A stretch of 32,207 nucleotides of DNA from a virus. A program made the translations under genes and the position numbers. The stretch lies in the IMG/VR virus record IMGVR_UViG_3300028378_000016; one strand, written 5' to 3'. The notes under the pieces are model-generated. The model did no database searches and was not told where the DNA came from. It saw only the letters and a list, made by a program, of their open reading frames with translations. Below, one piece after another: positions 1-8,291 of the stretch. Each line of letters starts with the position of its first letter. Within the stretch, counting starts at the first letter, position 1.

Positions 1-127
1 CAAAAATTCCGCTGCAGCGTTTTGTTGGGTTGACGGATAAAAACGGTGGTATGACTGGGTAGTTTATATTACTGCCTGTCAACCATTATTTTTATGTTTT
101 TTATAGCTGTTTTTTACCCGTTTTATA
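1..127 (+). repeat. Terminal overlap; identical to 32081-32207, which indicates a circularly closed contig
   Basis: Read directly: caaaaattccgctgcagcg...cccgttttata occurs at both ends of the window. A length of 127 is typical of an assembler k-mer overlap. Confidence 0.95.
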
Positions 128-171
128 CCTGTTTTTTCATTTTCGCCAAAAAGTGATGGTAAAAAAGCCCT

Positions 172-732
172 ATGACACGCGAACTTTTCAATATACCCCC
201 CGCGATAACCGCCGGTGATGCTGCAAACTGGCGGCTGGTGCTTCCTGTATATCCTGCAAGCGCTGGCTGGGCGGCGTCTTACGTCCTAGTCAAGGCAACC
301 AATCAAATAACCATCAACACTAGCGCCGACGGTGACGACCACTTGGTCAGCATTGCCAGCAGTACAACCGCTTCCTGGCCCCCCGGCGTTTATAATTACG
401 CCCTGTATGCAACCAAGGACGGCGACCGGCAAAGTTTGGCCTATGGCACGGTGGAAATAACACCCGACTTTGCCAGTGCCACAGGCGGCATGGACGCCAG
501 GACCCCAGCGGAACGCCGGCTCGAAAGTTTAGAGAACACTTACGACACACTGGCCGCCAGGCACCTGGCATCAAAATCCGGCGGCAGCGTTTCCACCACC
601 GATAAGGAGCTTACAGAGCTACGCGAACAGATCAACAAGCAGCGGGCCGTTGTGGTGAGCGAACGCCGGAAAAAGCAGATACGCGAGGGTAAGCGGCCAG
701 GCACAAAAATTAAAGTGAGGTTTATGCGATAA
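172..732 (+). CDS. Hypothetical protein of the head module, immediately upstream of the portal gene
   Basis: 186-aa ORF. Its stop overlaps the portal start (TAATG). It has a beta-rich N-terminal half and a charged helical C-terminus. No family recognised. Confidence 0.6.
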   Translation: MTRELFNIPPAITAGDAANWRLVLPVYPASAGWAASYVLVKATNQITINTSADGDDHLVSIASSTTASWPPGVYNYALYATKDGDRQSLAYGTVEITPDFASATGGMDARTPAERRLESLENTYDTLAARHLASKSGGSVSTTDKELTELREQINKQRAVVVSERRKKQIREGKRPGTKIKVRFMR

Positions 733-2234
733 TGGCCTTTCGTGACGCGATACATACAACACTTGGCAATATGGCAACCAGGCTGGAGCACCGCGGCCAG
801 AACCGCACTGCCAGCAAGATGGCCGATAATAAGCCAATGACCAGGCGCAAAGCCCGGCGGGCCTATACGTCAGGGACGAACAGCCGCTTAACCGGCGAGT
901 GGGCCGCGCCCGACATTACCGCCGACGAAGCCATTTTTCGAAACCTGGTTACAACCAGGGCCCGCTCCAGGGACCTAGCCCGTAATAACGATTACGCAAA
1001 ACGCTTTTTTTCACTTATCCGAACCAACGTTATAGGGCACCAAGGAATCCGGCTCCAAGTGCGGGCCAAGAACAGCAACGGCCAGGGCTACGATAAAGGG
1101 GCCAACGATAAGCTGGAACTTGCCTGGAAGGATTGGGGCCAGGTTGGCAGCTGCACCACGTGCGGCACCAAATCCTGGCGCGATGTGCAAAACCAGGTTG
1201 TCGACGGCATGGCCCGCGACGGCGAAATCCTGATAAAATTTGTTGCCCCATGGAAACACAACAAATACGGCTTTGCCCTGCAAATAATTGAAGCCGATCA
1301 GCTGGACATCAGCAAAAACGAAACGTTGCGCAGTGGCGGCTCTATCCGCCTGGGCGTCCAGCGAGATGGCAGCGACCGGGTAACACATTACTGGATTACC
1401 GGCAAAGACGGCTTTTCAAAGCCCTACCCAGCCGCTGAATTTTTGCATTTGTTCCGGGGCGACCGGGTTGGGCAATCAAGAGGAATGCCGGAAACATCCA
1501 CCCCGGCAGCCAGGCTCAAGCAGATTGATGCCCACGAAGAGGCCCACGTTGTCGCATCCCGTTTAGGTGCCAGCAAGATGGGATTTTTCACCAGCCCTGA
1601 TGGTGACACCTATACAGGCGAGGACGTCGATGGCGAAGAGGACGACCACGACATCATCACCGAGGCCGAGCCCGGCACCTTTGAGCAGCTACCGGATGGC
1701 GTCAACTTTACCCCCTGGGACCCGCAATTCCCGGTTTCCACCTTTGCAGACTTTGAAAAAGCCGTTTTACGCGGTATCGCGTCGGGGTTGGGCGTTTCTT
1801 ATCACAGCTTGGCCAACGACCTGGAAGGCGTCAACTATTCATCAATTCGCCAAGGCGAATTGACAGACCGCAACACCTGGCAGGATTTACAAGCGTGGCT
1901 GATCGAACATTTATGCCAGCCTATTTATAAATCCTGGCTTTCTTATGCTTTGCTCACCGATGCTATAAACCTTCCTTTTGGCAAAATTGATAAATTCAAC
2001 GCGGCCATATGGCGGCCACGAGGCTGGTCATGGGTCGACCCGCTTAAGGAAAGCAAAGCAGCGAAAAACGACGTCGAGTGCGGTTTTAAGTCAATTTACG
2101 ACGTATGCGCGGAACGGGGAATGGACTTTGACGAGGTTATGGAGCAGAACAAACGAGCCCGCGAAAAAGCCGAGGCTGAAGGCTTTGTATTGCCGTTTTG
2201 GCCCAAAGAAAAAATGGAGACAGCAAAGCAATGA
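732..2234 (+). CDS. Portal protein, lambda gpB family
   Basis: 500 aa. Position is after the large terminase. Motifs such as RNNDYAKRFFSLIRTNVIGHQGIRLQ resemble lambda-type portals. Confidence 0.85.
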   Translation: MAFRDAIHTTLGNMATRLEHRGQNRTASKMADNKPMTRRKARRAYTSGTNSRLTGEWAAPDITADEAIFRNLVTTRARSRDLARNNDYAKRFFSLIRTNVIGHQGIRLQVRAKNSNGQGYDKGANDKLELAWKDWGQVGSCTTCGTKSWRDVQNQVVDGMARDGEILIKFVAPWKHNKYGFALQIIEADQLDISKNETLRSGGSIRLGVQRDGSDRVTHYWITGKDGFSKPYPAAEFLHLFRGDRVGQSRGMPETSTPAARLKQIDAHEEAHVVASRLGASKMGFFTSPDGDTYTGEDVDGEEDDHDIITEAEPGTFEQLPDGVNFTPWDPQFPVSTFADFEKAVLRGIASGLGVSYHSLANDLEGVNYSSIRQGELTDRNTWQDLQAWLIEHLCQPIYKSWLSYALLTDAINLPFGKIDKFNAAIWRPRGWSWVDPLKESKAAKNDVECGFKSIYDVCAERGMDFDEVMEQNKRAREKAEAEGFVLPFWPKEKMETAKQ

Positions 2235-4132
2235 ATCAACTGACACGCGACAAGATCAAGGAAATTACCAACCAGAAACACAGCCGGGCCTTTACTATGA
2301 AACTGGACCGGGCGGCAATCAACGAAGATGAACGCACCGTCGAGGCGGCTTTTTCTTCCGAGGATGAATACCGCCGGTGGTTTGGTATCGAGATATTAGG
2401 CCACGAAAAAGGCGAATACGACCTTGAATTTCTGGCGGGCGGAACTGCCCCGCTACTGGACCAGCACAACCACAGCAAAACCATAGGCGTTATAGAAAAA
2501 GCCTGGATTGATAAGGACCGCAAGGGGCGGGCCGTCGTGCGTTTCGGCAAAAGCGCAACAGCCCAGGAATATTTTGACGACGTCGTCGACGGGATACGCC
2601 AGAATATTTCCGTCGGGTATCAAATAACGGATATGAAACTTATAGAGTCAAACGAGGAAACCGGCGACAAGTACCGCATTAGCTGGGCACCCTTTGAAAT
2701 CTCTTTTGTTTCCGTCCCGGCAGATAAGACCGTTGGCGTTGGCAAAAGCGACAACGGCCACCAATTACCACAACAACAGGGTACAAATACTATGACACCA
2801 GAAGAGAAAGCGGCAAAAGAAGCAGAGGCCAAGGCAGCAAAAGAGGCGGAGGCTAAGGCTGCACGTGTTGAAATGCAGCAGCAGTTTGAAACCGAAAAAA
2901 AAGACATCATGGCCATAGGCAAAAAACACGGCTTTGATAATGAAGCCCTTAACGCCATAGGCGATGGCAAAAGCCCCGCCCAATTCCGCGACTATGTCCT
3001 GGAAGAGCTGGCCAAAAAGGGCATGAAACCGGCGGAAACCAAGGACGTGGAAATCGGCCTGAGCGAGAAAGAGGCGGAAAGCTATTCTTTCCTGCGGGTC
3101 ATTAACGCCCTGGCCAACCCGGCCAACAAAAAGGCCCAGGACGCCGCCGGTTTTGAGTTTGAGGCCAGCCGGGCGGTGGCCGATAAAATCGGCTCGACCC
3201 CCAACGGCGTGTTTGTGCCCCTGGATGTGCAAAAAAGAGAACTCACCGTCGGTACCGCCACGGCTGGCGGCCACCTGGTGGCAACGGAACTTTTAACCTC
3301 ATCCTTTATTGATCTTTTACAAAACCGTATGCTGACCAAGCGTATGGGGGCACGGGTCCTGTCCGGGCTGGTAGGCGATGTTGCAATACCCAGGCAGACA
3401 GGCGGGGCAACCACCTATTGGGTGGGCGAGTCCACCGACGGCACCCCGTCCGACCAGTCATTTGACCAGGTCGCCCTAACCCCCAAAACCCAGGCGGCAA
3501 TCACCAAAATTTCCCGCAAGCTCCTGCTGCAATCCTCACTTGATGTCGAGGCATTCGTTCGGGCCGATCTGGCCCTTGCCCAGGCCTTGGGCGGCGACCT
3601 GGCGGCCATTGCCGGGGCTGGCGGCAACGATCCGCTCGGTATAATCAATACCAGCGGTGTGGGCTCGGTCATCGGCGGCACCGACGGCGCGGCTCCGACA
3701 TGGGACCATATTGTGCAGTTATGGACCGAGGTTGCCCAGGACAATGCCGATTATGGCAGCCTTGGCTATATGACCAACTCCAAGGTGCTTGGCAAGCTGA
3801 TGCAGACCGAAAAAGCATCAGGCACCGGGCGTTTTATCGTTGAGCAATTCCCGGACAATGACGGATTTACCGGCCTGGCCGGGTCCAGGGCCGGGGTATC
3901 CAACCAGGTGCCTGGCGATCTGGATAAGGGCTCAAGTACCGGCGTATGTTCGGCGCTGATATACGGCAATTGGGCCGATTTGATTATTGCCATGTGGGGC
4001 AGCCTGGACATCGTTGTCGACGGCATAAGCTCCAATGACGGCGGGGTAACTGTTAAGACCTACCAGGATATGGACGTCGCCCCCCGCAACGCTGGCAGCT
4101 TTTCGGTAATGCTTGACGCCCTGACCAGCTAA
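2231..4132 (+). CDS. Fusion of a prohead serine protease (HK97/U35-like), an Ala/Glu/Lys-rich scaffold-like linker and an HK97-fold major capsid protein
   Basis: The ORF is open from 2198. The ATG at 2231 overlaps the portal stop (ATGA). The N-terminal part has protease-like ISVGY and FEISFVSVPAD motifs. A central AAKEAEAKAAKEAEAKAA repeat follows. The C-terminal ~300 aa look like an HK97-type capsid protein. Confidence 0.8.
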   Translation: MNQLTRDKIKEITNQKHSRAFTMKLDRAAINEDERTVEAAFSSEDEYRRWFGIEILGHEKGEYDLEFLAGGTAPLLDQHNHSKTIGVIEKAWIDKDRKGRAVVRFGKSATAQEYFDDVVDGIRQNISVGYQITDMKLIESNEETGDKYRISWAPFEISFVSVPADKTVGVGKSDNGHQLPQQQGTNTMTPEEKAAKEAEAKAAKEAEAKAARVEMQQQFETEKKDIMAIGKKHGFDNEALNAIGDGKSPAQFRDYVLEELAKKGMKPAETKDVEIGLSEKEAESYSFLRVINALANPANKKAQDAAGFEFEASRAVADKIGSTPNGVFVPLDVQKRELTVGTATAGGHLVATELLTSSFIDLLQNRMLTKRMGARVLSGLVGDVAIPRQTGGATTYWVGESTDGTPSDQSFDQVALTPKTQAAITKISRKLLLQSSLDVEAFVRADLALAQALGGDLAAIAGAGGNDPLGIINTSGVGSVIGGTDGAAPTWDHIVQLWTEVAQDNADYGSLGYMTNSKVLGKLMQTEKASGTGRFIVEQFPDNDGFTGLAGSRAGVSNQVPGDLDKGSSTGVCSALIYGNWADLIIAMWGSLDIVVDGISSNDGGVTVKTYQDMDVAPRNAGSFSVMLDALTS

Positions 4133-4145
4133 TACCAGGTAACAA

Positions 4146-4186
4146 CCAGGCAGCCGGACCAGTAAAAGCCGGGGCCAGCTGCCTGG
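4146..4186 (+). other. Stem-loop just downstream of the capsid gene (9-bp stem ccaggcagc/gctgcctgg)
   Basis: Perfect 9-bp inverted repeat at 4146-4154 and 4178-4186. No U-tract follows, so it may be an RNA stabiliser or processing element rather than an intrinsic terminator. Confidence 0.4.
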
Positions 4187-4217
4187 CAACCATTAATATA
4201 TGACAAGGTATAACAAC

Positions 4218-4379
4218 ATGAAACGCGAACCGGAAAACGTAAAAATCAAGCTCACCCGGCCCATGATCTATAATCAAAAGGCCGTTGAAAAAGACACTGT
4301 GCTGACTGTCACGCCCAGCGAGGCCAAGCGCTATATCAACATGAAAAAAGCCGTACCGGCTGACCCGCAAAAGAAATAG
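4218..4379 (+). CDS. Small hypothetical protein (53 aa), below the ORF-track size cutoff
   Basis: ATG at 4218, TAG at 4377-4379. Reads MKREPENVKIKLTRPMIYNQKAVEKDTVLTVTPSEAKRYINMKKAVPADPQKK. It fills the gap between the capsid and connector genes. Confidence 0.45.
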   Translation: MKREPENVKIKLTRPMIYNQKAVEKDTVLTVTPSEAKRYINMKKAVPADPQKK

Positions 4380-4385
4380 GCGGCC

Positions 4386-4670
4386 ATGTTTGCAACTGAT
4401 ATCGACGAAATTTTCAGCCCCGACGTGGCCCAGGAAATCACCCTGGACGGCGGCCTGGTGCGTATCCTGCCCGGCAATATTACCAGTGGGCCGTCTGAGT
4501 ACCACGGCGAAATACGCACCAGCTGGGATTTTACCGCCCCGGCGGTAGACCTTACCGGGCAGTACCTGCCGGAGATGGACGTCGTTATCAACGGGCTACA
4601 ATGGGACGTCGACCAGGTCACCTATGCTGGTGACGTGGTCGACTTTTCCCTTTCAAGAAAACTCACTTAA
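4386..4670 (+). CDS. Head-tail connector or head-completion candidate
   Basis: 94-aa ORF between the capsid and tail genes. Called from position only. Confidence 0.5.
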   Translation: MFATDIDEIFSPDVAQEITLDGGLVRILPGNITSGPSEYHGEIRTSWDFTAPAVDLTGQYLPEMDVVINGLQWDVDQVTYAGDVVDFSLSRKLT

Positions 4671-4675
4671 AAAAC

Positions 4676-5101
4676 ATGATACAGCTTGACCAGGCAGAAA
4701 CAGCAATAAACACGGTACTGGCTGACCAGCTTTTCGACGTGCCCCAGGGCATCCCCAGGCAGTTGGTGTTTTATAAAGGCGAAATGCCAGCCAAACGCAA
4801 GGGCAGCGAGGACGACGACGTCAGCTATTGTCACCTGCAGCCTGGCGCTTTTCGCTTTACCCGCCAGGGCATGGTCCAGCAGGTCAGGGCCGGCTTTGTA
4901 TTGTATTCCGGCGGGACCCCTGCCCAGGGCCTGGAAATGGTGGCCGATACTGCGAAAAAATTAAGCAAACTAGCCGGGCAGACATACAGCCCCTGCAGTC
5001 TGGTGGGGGAGATCACCGGCAACTTTGAAAATATTGAACACCCAAATTATTGGCTGGAAATTGATTTGCAGCTAACCACCATTAACGAGGCGCAACTATG
5101 A
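4676..5101 (+). CDS. Head-tail joining or tail-completion candidate
   Basis: 141-aa ORF. It shares an ATGA overlap with the next gene. Called from position only. Confidence 0.5.
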   Translation: MIQLDQAETAINTVLADQLFDVPQGIPRQLVFYKGEMPAKRKGSEDDDVSYCHLQPGAFRFTRQGMVQQVRAGFVLYSGGTPAQGLEMVADTAKKLSKLAGQTYSPCSLVGEITGNFENIEHPNYWLEIDLQLTTINEAQL

Positions 5102-5856
5102 AAGCATACAGATTTACAGGAACCTTTTTTATAGCCCCGGTTTTAGCAGATGGCAGCCTGTCCGGCAGCTGGCGGCGCGGCGGCAATATGTACCCGCTTA
5201 ATGTCAAGGTTGAAACGGAGAAGAAAAGCCAGAAATCAATGGAACATGACCGGGCAGGGCAGACCCTGGCCGTTGCAACCCAGATTTCTGATATTATCGC
5301 CAATGCAACATTGCGCCAGCTAGACAGCCGCGCCTTTTCGTGGGCCGTTTCCGGCGAGGCCACGGAAATGAGCGGCAGCGGCGGCACCATTACAGCGGCG
5401 GATCATACCGCACTGGCAGTCGGCGATTATCTCGACCTGCCACATGAAAACCTTACAAGCGTGGTTGTGGAAAATTCCGCCCAGGATACCACATACATCA
5501 AAGACGTTGATTATTTACTAGATGAAAAACTTGGCTTGCTTGCCATTCCGGCGGGCGGTGACATTTCCGAAAGCGACGCCATAAAAATAAGCTATGACCA
5601 TGCAGCCCCCAGCGGCTACAGGGTGAGCATAGGCACCAAGCCATTAATTCGGGTTGCCCTAAAAGGACACCTCAAAGAGACATACAGCGGCGACGAAATG
5701 TCCGTTTTGCTGCGCTCGGTGGTCTTGACCGCCCCGGACGGTATCAACCTTATATCTGAACTAGATGCAGAATATGAAGAGGTGCCCGTCGAAATGTCCC
5801 TGGAAACCCCAACCGGCTACACCAACCCCGGAACAATTGACGGGGTGCCGCTGTAA
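5098..5856 (+). CDS. Major tail protein candidate
   Basis: 252 aa. It sits directly before the chaperone and tape measure genes and is followed by a clean intrinsic terminator, as expected for a highly expressed tail tube gene. Confidence 0.6.
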   Translation: MKAYRFTGTFFIAPVLADGSLSGSWRRGGNMYPLNVKVETEKKSQKSMEHDRAGQTLAVATQISDIIANATLRQLDSRAFSWAVSGEATEMSGSGGTITAADHTALAVGDYLDLPHENLTSVVVENSAQDTTYIKDVDYLLDEKLGLLAIPAGGDISESDAIKISYDHAAPSGYRVSIGTKPLIRVALKGHLKETYSGDEMSVLLRSVVLTAPDGINLISELDAEYEEVPVEMSLETPTGYTNPGTIDGVPL

Positions 5857-5877
5857 TCCGGCCATACTTAATACAAA

Positions 5878-5899
5878 CCGCCGGGCCTGTCCCGGCTTT
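5878..5899 (+). terminator. Rho-independent terminator or attenuator after the major tail gene
   Basis: gccggg-cctgt-cccggc hairpin followed by TTTTT. Confidence 0.7.
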
Positions 5900-5916
5900 T
5901 TATAGGATAGAAAGCA

Positions 5917-6291
5917 ATGGCAAAATCTGAAGTAGTCGACCTGGGGCGCACCCAGGTAACCGTGAGAGAATTGACCCTGGAAGAAATCAAGGAGCTTTTC
6001 GATGCCACTGAAAAAAGCGCGACCGATGGTATTGTCAATATGCTGGAGAAGGCGACTACCATCAAGCGGGCCGACCTTATGAAAATGGCCCCTTCTGACA
6101 TGGAACCTATGCTCGACAAACTGGTAGAGGTTAACAGCTCTTTTTTAGGTCTATGTCGCCGGGCGAACAACCACGAACTGGCGGAAAGTCTGGAAACGCT
6201 TCTCAGCCAGGTTTCATTGATTGCGTTTTTTCAGTCATCGCCCACGGCCACGGGCAAAGAGCCTGGAAATACAGTTACAGCGACTTCCTAA
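5917..6291 (+). CDS. Tail assembly chaperone candidate
   Basis: 124-aa acidic ORF between the major tail and tape measure genes. It contains a T_TTT_TTA heptamer at 6141-6147. Confidence 0.55.
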   Translation: MAKSEVVDLGRTQVTVRELTLEEIKELFDATEKSATDGIVNMLEKATTIKRADLMKMAPSDMEPMLDKLVEVNSSFLGLCRRANNHELAESLETLLSQVSLIAFFQSSPTATGKEPGNTVTATS

Positions 6292-6312
6292 TAGCATTGA
6301 GGAATCTGCCCC

Positions 6313-7899
6313 ATGGTTGAAAACGAAAAGATAGAATATGCCCTGGCCTTGAACCTGTCCCGATTCCGCAAAAATGCGCGGCTGGCGGTGGGAAAAGTTG
6401 AGGACATGGACAAGAAAATCCGTAAATCGGTGAAAAACTCCGCCGGAGGATTTAACCAGCTGAAAACCGGCGTTTTAGCGGTGGGCACGGCAGCCACCGC
6501 GGTGGCAGCTGGCGGGCTGTTATTGATGAAAAAGGGGCTGGAGGATACCATCGGGCTGGCCAATGTCCAGGAAGATGCCGAAGTAAAACTTGCGGGGGTT
6601 ATCCGCGCCACCGGCGGCGCGGCTGGCTTTACCACCGGCGAACTCAAGACTATGGCCGCCGGATTGCAGGAGGTGACCACGGCGGGCGATGAAACCGTAA
6701 TCCAAGCGCAATCTGTGCTTGCCACCTTTAAGCAGATCAAAGGCGACCAGTTTCGCGACGCAACTCAGGCGGCACTTGATATGCAAACGGTTGTGGGCGG
6801 CGATTTGCAGGGCTCGGTCACCAGGCTTGGCAAGGCGTTAAATGATCCAGTTAGGGGAGTTTCAGCGTTGAACCGGGTTGGTGTTACTTTCAACGAAACG
6901 CAAAAGGCCACTATCAAGCGGTTGCAGCAATCCGGCGATATTATGGGAGCGCAAAAGGTTATCCTTAATGAGCTTGAATCAGAATTTGGCGGCACGGCGG
7001 CGGCGATCCGGGGCACATTTAAAGGCTCGGTTGATTCGGCGGCAAATGCCTGGGGCGATTTATATGAGCAGACCGGCTATGCCATCACCAAAAACAAGTT
7101 TTTTATCGAGTCAGCCAAACTGGTTGAACAGAAAATAATTGATCTTACTGGCAAGATACAGGGCAATGAGCAGGCCATGCGCGATTTAGCCAAAAAAGGC
7201 GGCCTGGCAGTTATTGACGGTATAGGGGCGGCAATCGAGGTCGTCCGCTTTTTCTATAACGGCTGGCAGGGCGTCAAACTAGCCGCCCACGGGGCGGTGT
7301 GGGGCATTGTAAAGGGCGCGGAACTTATCATTAAGGGGTTGCGTAAGGTCCTTTTCCCTTTAGATTTGTTGCTTACCGGCCTGGAAAAAATTGGGATTAT
7401 TGATTCTAACCCGCTCAAGGACTTGGAAAAAACGGCAGAGGGTTTCGCCGACCATCTTGGCGATGAGTTTTGGAAAAAATTTGATAAGGTGGAGGAAACA
7501 AACCGCAAGTTTGACGCGGCCAAGAAGAAGGTTGCCGATTTTCGGGCGGAAATCGGCAAAATATCCACAGAAAAGGTCGACGTTGCTCAGGACATTCAGG
7601 ACCAAGTGGACGCGGCCACCAAAAAAAATACAGGCGTCAAAAGCTACACCGGCAACGACGAGGCGGCGTTTAAAATGGTGGACGGCGTCTATCAACAAGT
7701 GAACCGGGGCCCGGTGAAAAACACCATAGATAAATTCAAATCGCCGGTGGGCGGCAGCCGGGAGAGCTACGAAAAAAGCAAACAGGCCGACAAAGTGCTC
7801 CGGCTCGATCTGCCCAACGGGGCCAGCTTGACAGGCGATTCAGACCAGACCGAAAATGTAATTGAAGGACTCCAGCAAGCGGGGTTGACGGCGCAATGA
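6313..7899 (+). CDS. Tail tape measure protein
   Basis: 528 aa. The TP901-like core pattern is present (AGVIRATGGAAGFTTGELKTMAAGLQEVTTAGDETVIQAQSVLATFKQIKGDQFRDATQAALDM). The protein is helical and Ala/Gly-rich. Confidence 0.8.
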   Translation: MVENEKIEYALALNLSRFRKNARLAVGKVEDMDKKIRKSVKNSAGGFNQLKTGVLAVGTAATAVAAGGLLLMKKGLEDTIGLANVQEDAEVKLAGVIRATGGAAGFTTGELKTMAAGLQEVTTAGDETVIQAQSVLATFKQIKGDQFRDATQAALDMQTVVGGDLQGSVTRLGKALNDPVRGVSALNRVGVTFNETQKATIKRLQQSGDIMGAQKVILNELESEFGGTAAAIRGTFKGSVDSAANAWGDLYEQTGYAITKNKFFIESAKLVEQKIIDLTGKIQGNEQAMRDLAKKGGLAVIDGIGAAIEVVRFFYNGWQGVKLAAHGAVWGIVKGAELIIKGLRKVLFPLDLLLTGLEKIGIIDSNPLKDLEKTAEGFADHLGDEFWKKFDKVEETNRKFDAAKKKVADFRAEIGKISTEKVDVAQDIQDQVDAATKKNTGVKSYTGNDEAAFKMVDGVYQQVNRGPVKNTIDKFKSPVGGSRESYEKSKQADKVLRLDLPNGASLTGDSDQTENVIEGLQQAGLTAQ

Positions 7900-8288
7900 T
7901 ACTTTTAACAGACGGCACCACCACTATAAATTTACCGCCTGATATGTACTGGCCGGATCAAAGCTGGACCGGCGTTGAAGCGGGCAGCGACGATTACAGC
8001 TTGAACGGGTCCCTGCATATCGACCCCTTTGTCAAACAGGCCGGGCGGCCCATTACTCTGCAAGGCGGCGAGAACTTCGGCTGGGTAACATGGCAGACTG
8101 TCCTTGACCTGGTGGACTGGGCTAAAGACCCGGGCAAGGAAATGACAATTACTATCGACAGCACAAGCTACACCGTCCGCTTTGACTACAGCAAGGGCGA
8201 CCCGGTAAAGGCTACCCCCATTTTCATGCTCAACCCGCCACGGCCAGACGATCTTTATTACATAACTTTGCGACTTATTGAGGTGTAA
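7896..8288 (+). CDS. Tail-tip protein, distal tail candidate
   Basis: 130 aa. It shares an ATGA overlap with the tape measure stop. Called from position only. Confidence 0.5.
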   Translation: MILLTDGTTTINLPPDMYWPDQSWTGVEAGSDDYSLNGSLHIDPFVKQAGRPITLQGGENFGWVTWQTVLDLVDWAKDPGKEMTITIDSTSYTVRFDYSKGDPVKATPIFMLNPPRPDDLYYITLRLIEV

Positions 8289-8291
8289 CAG

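Noticed and set aside
1-127. The 127-bp terminal repeat as a genuine direct terminal repeat of the virion DNA.
   Set aside because: An exact length of 127 bp is characteristic of a de Bruijn-graph circularisation overlap. The Nu1/GpA-type terminase predicts cohesive ends rather than direct terminal repeats. This cannot be fully excluded without read-start data.
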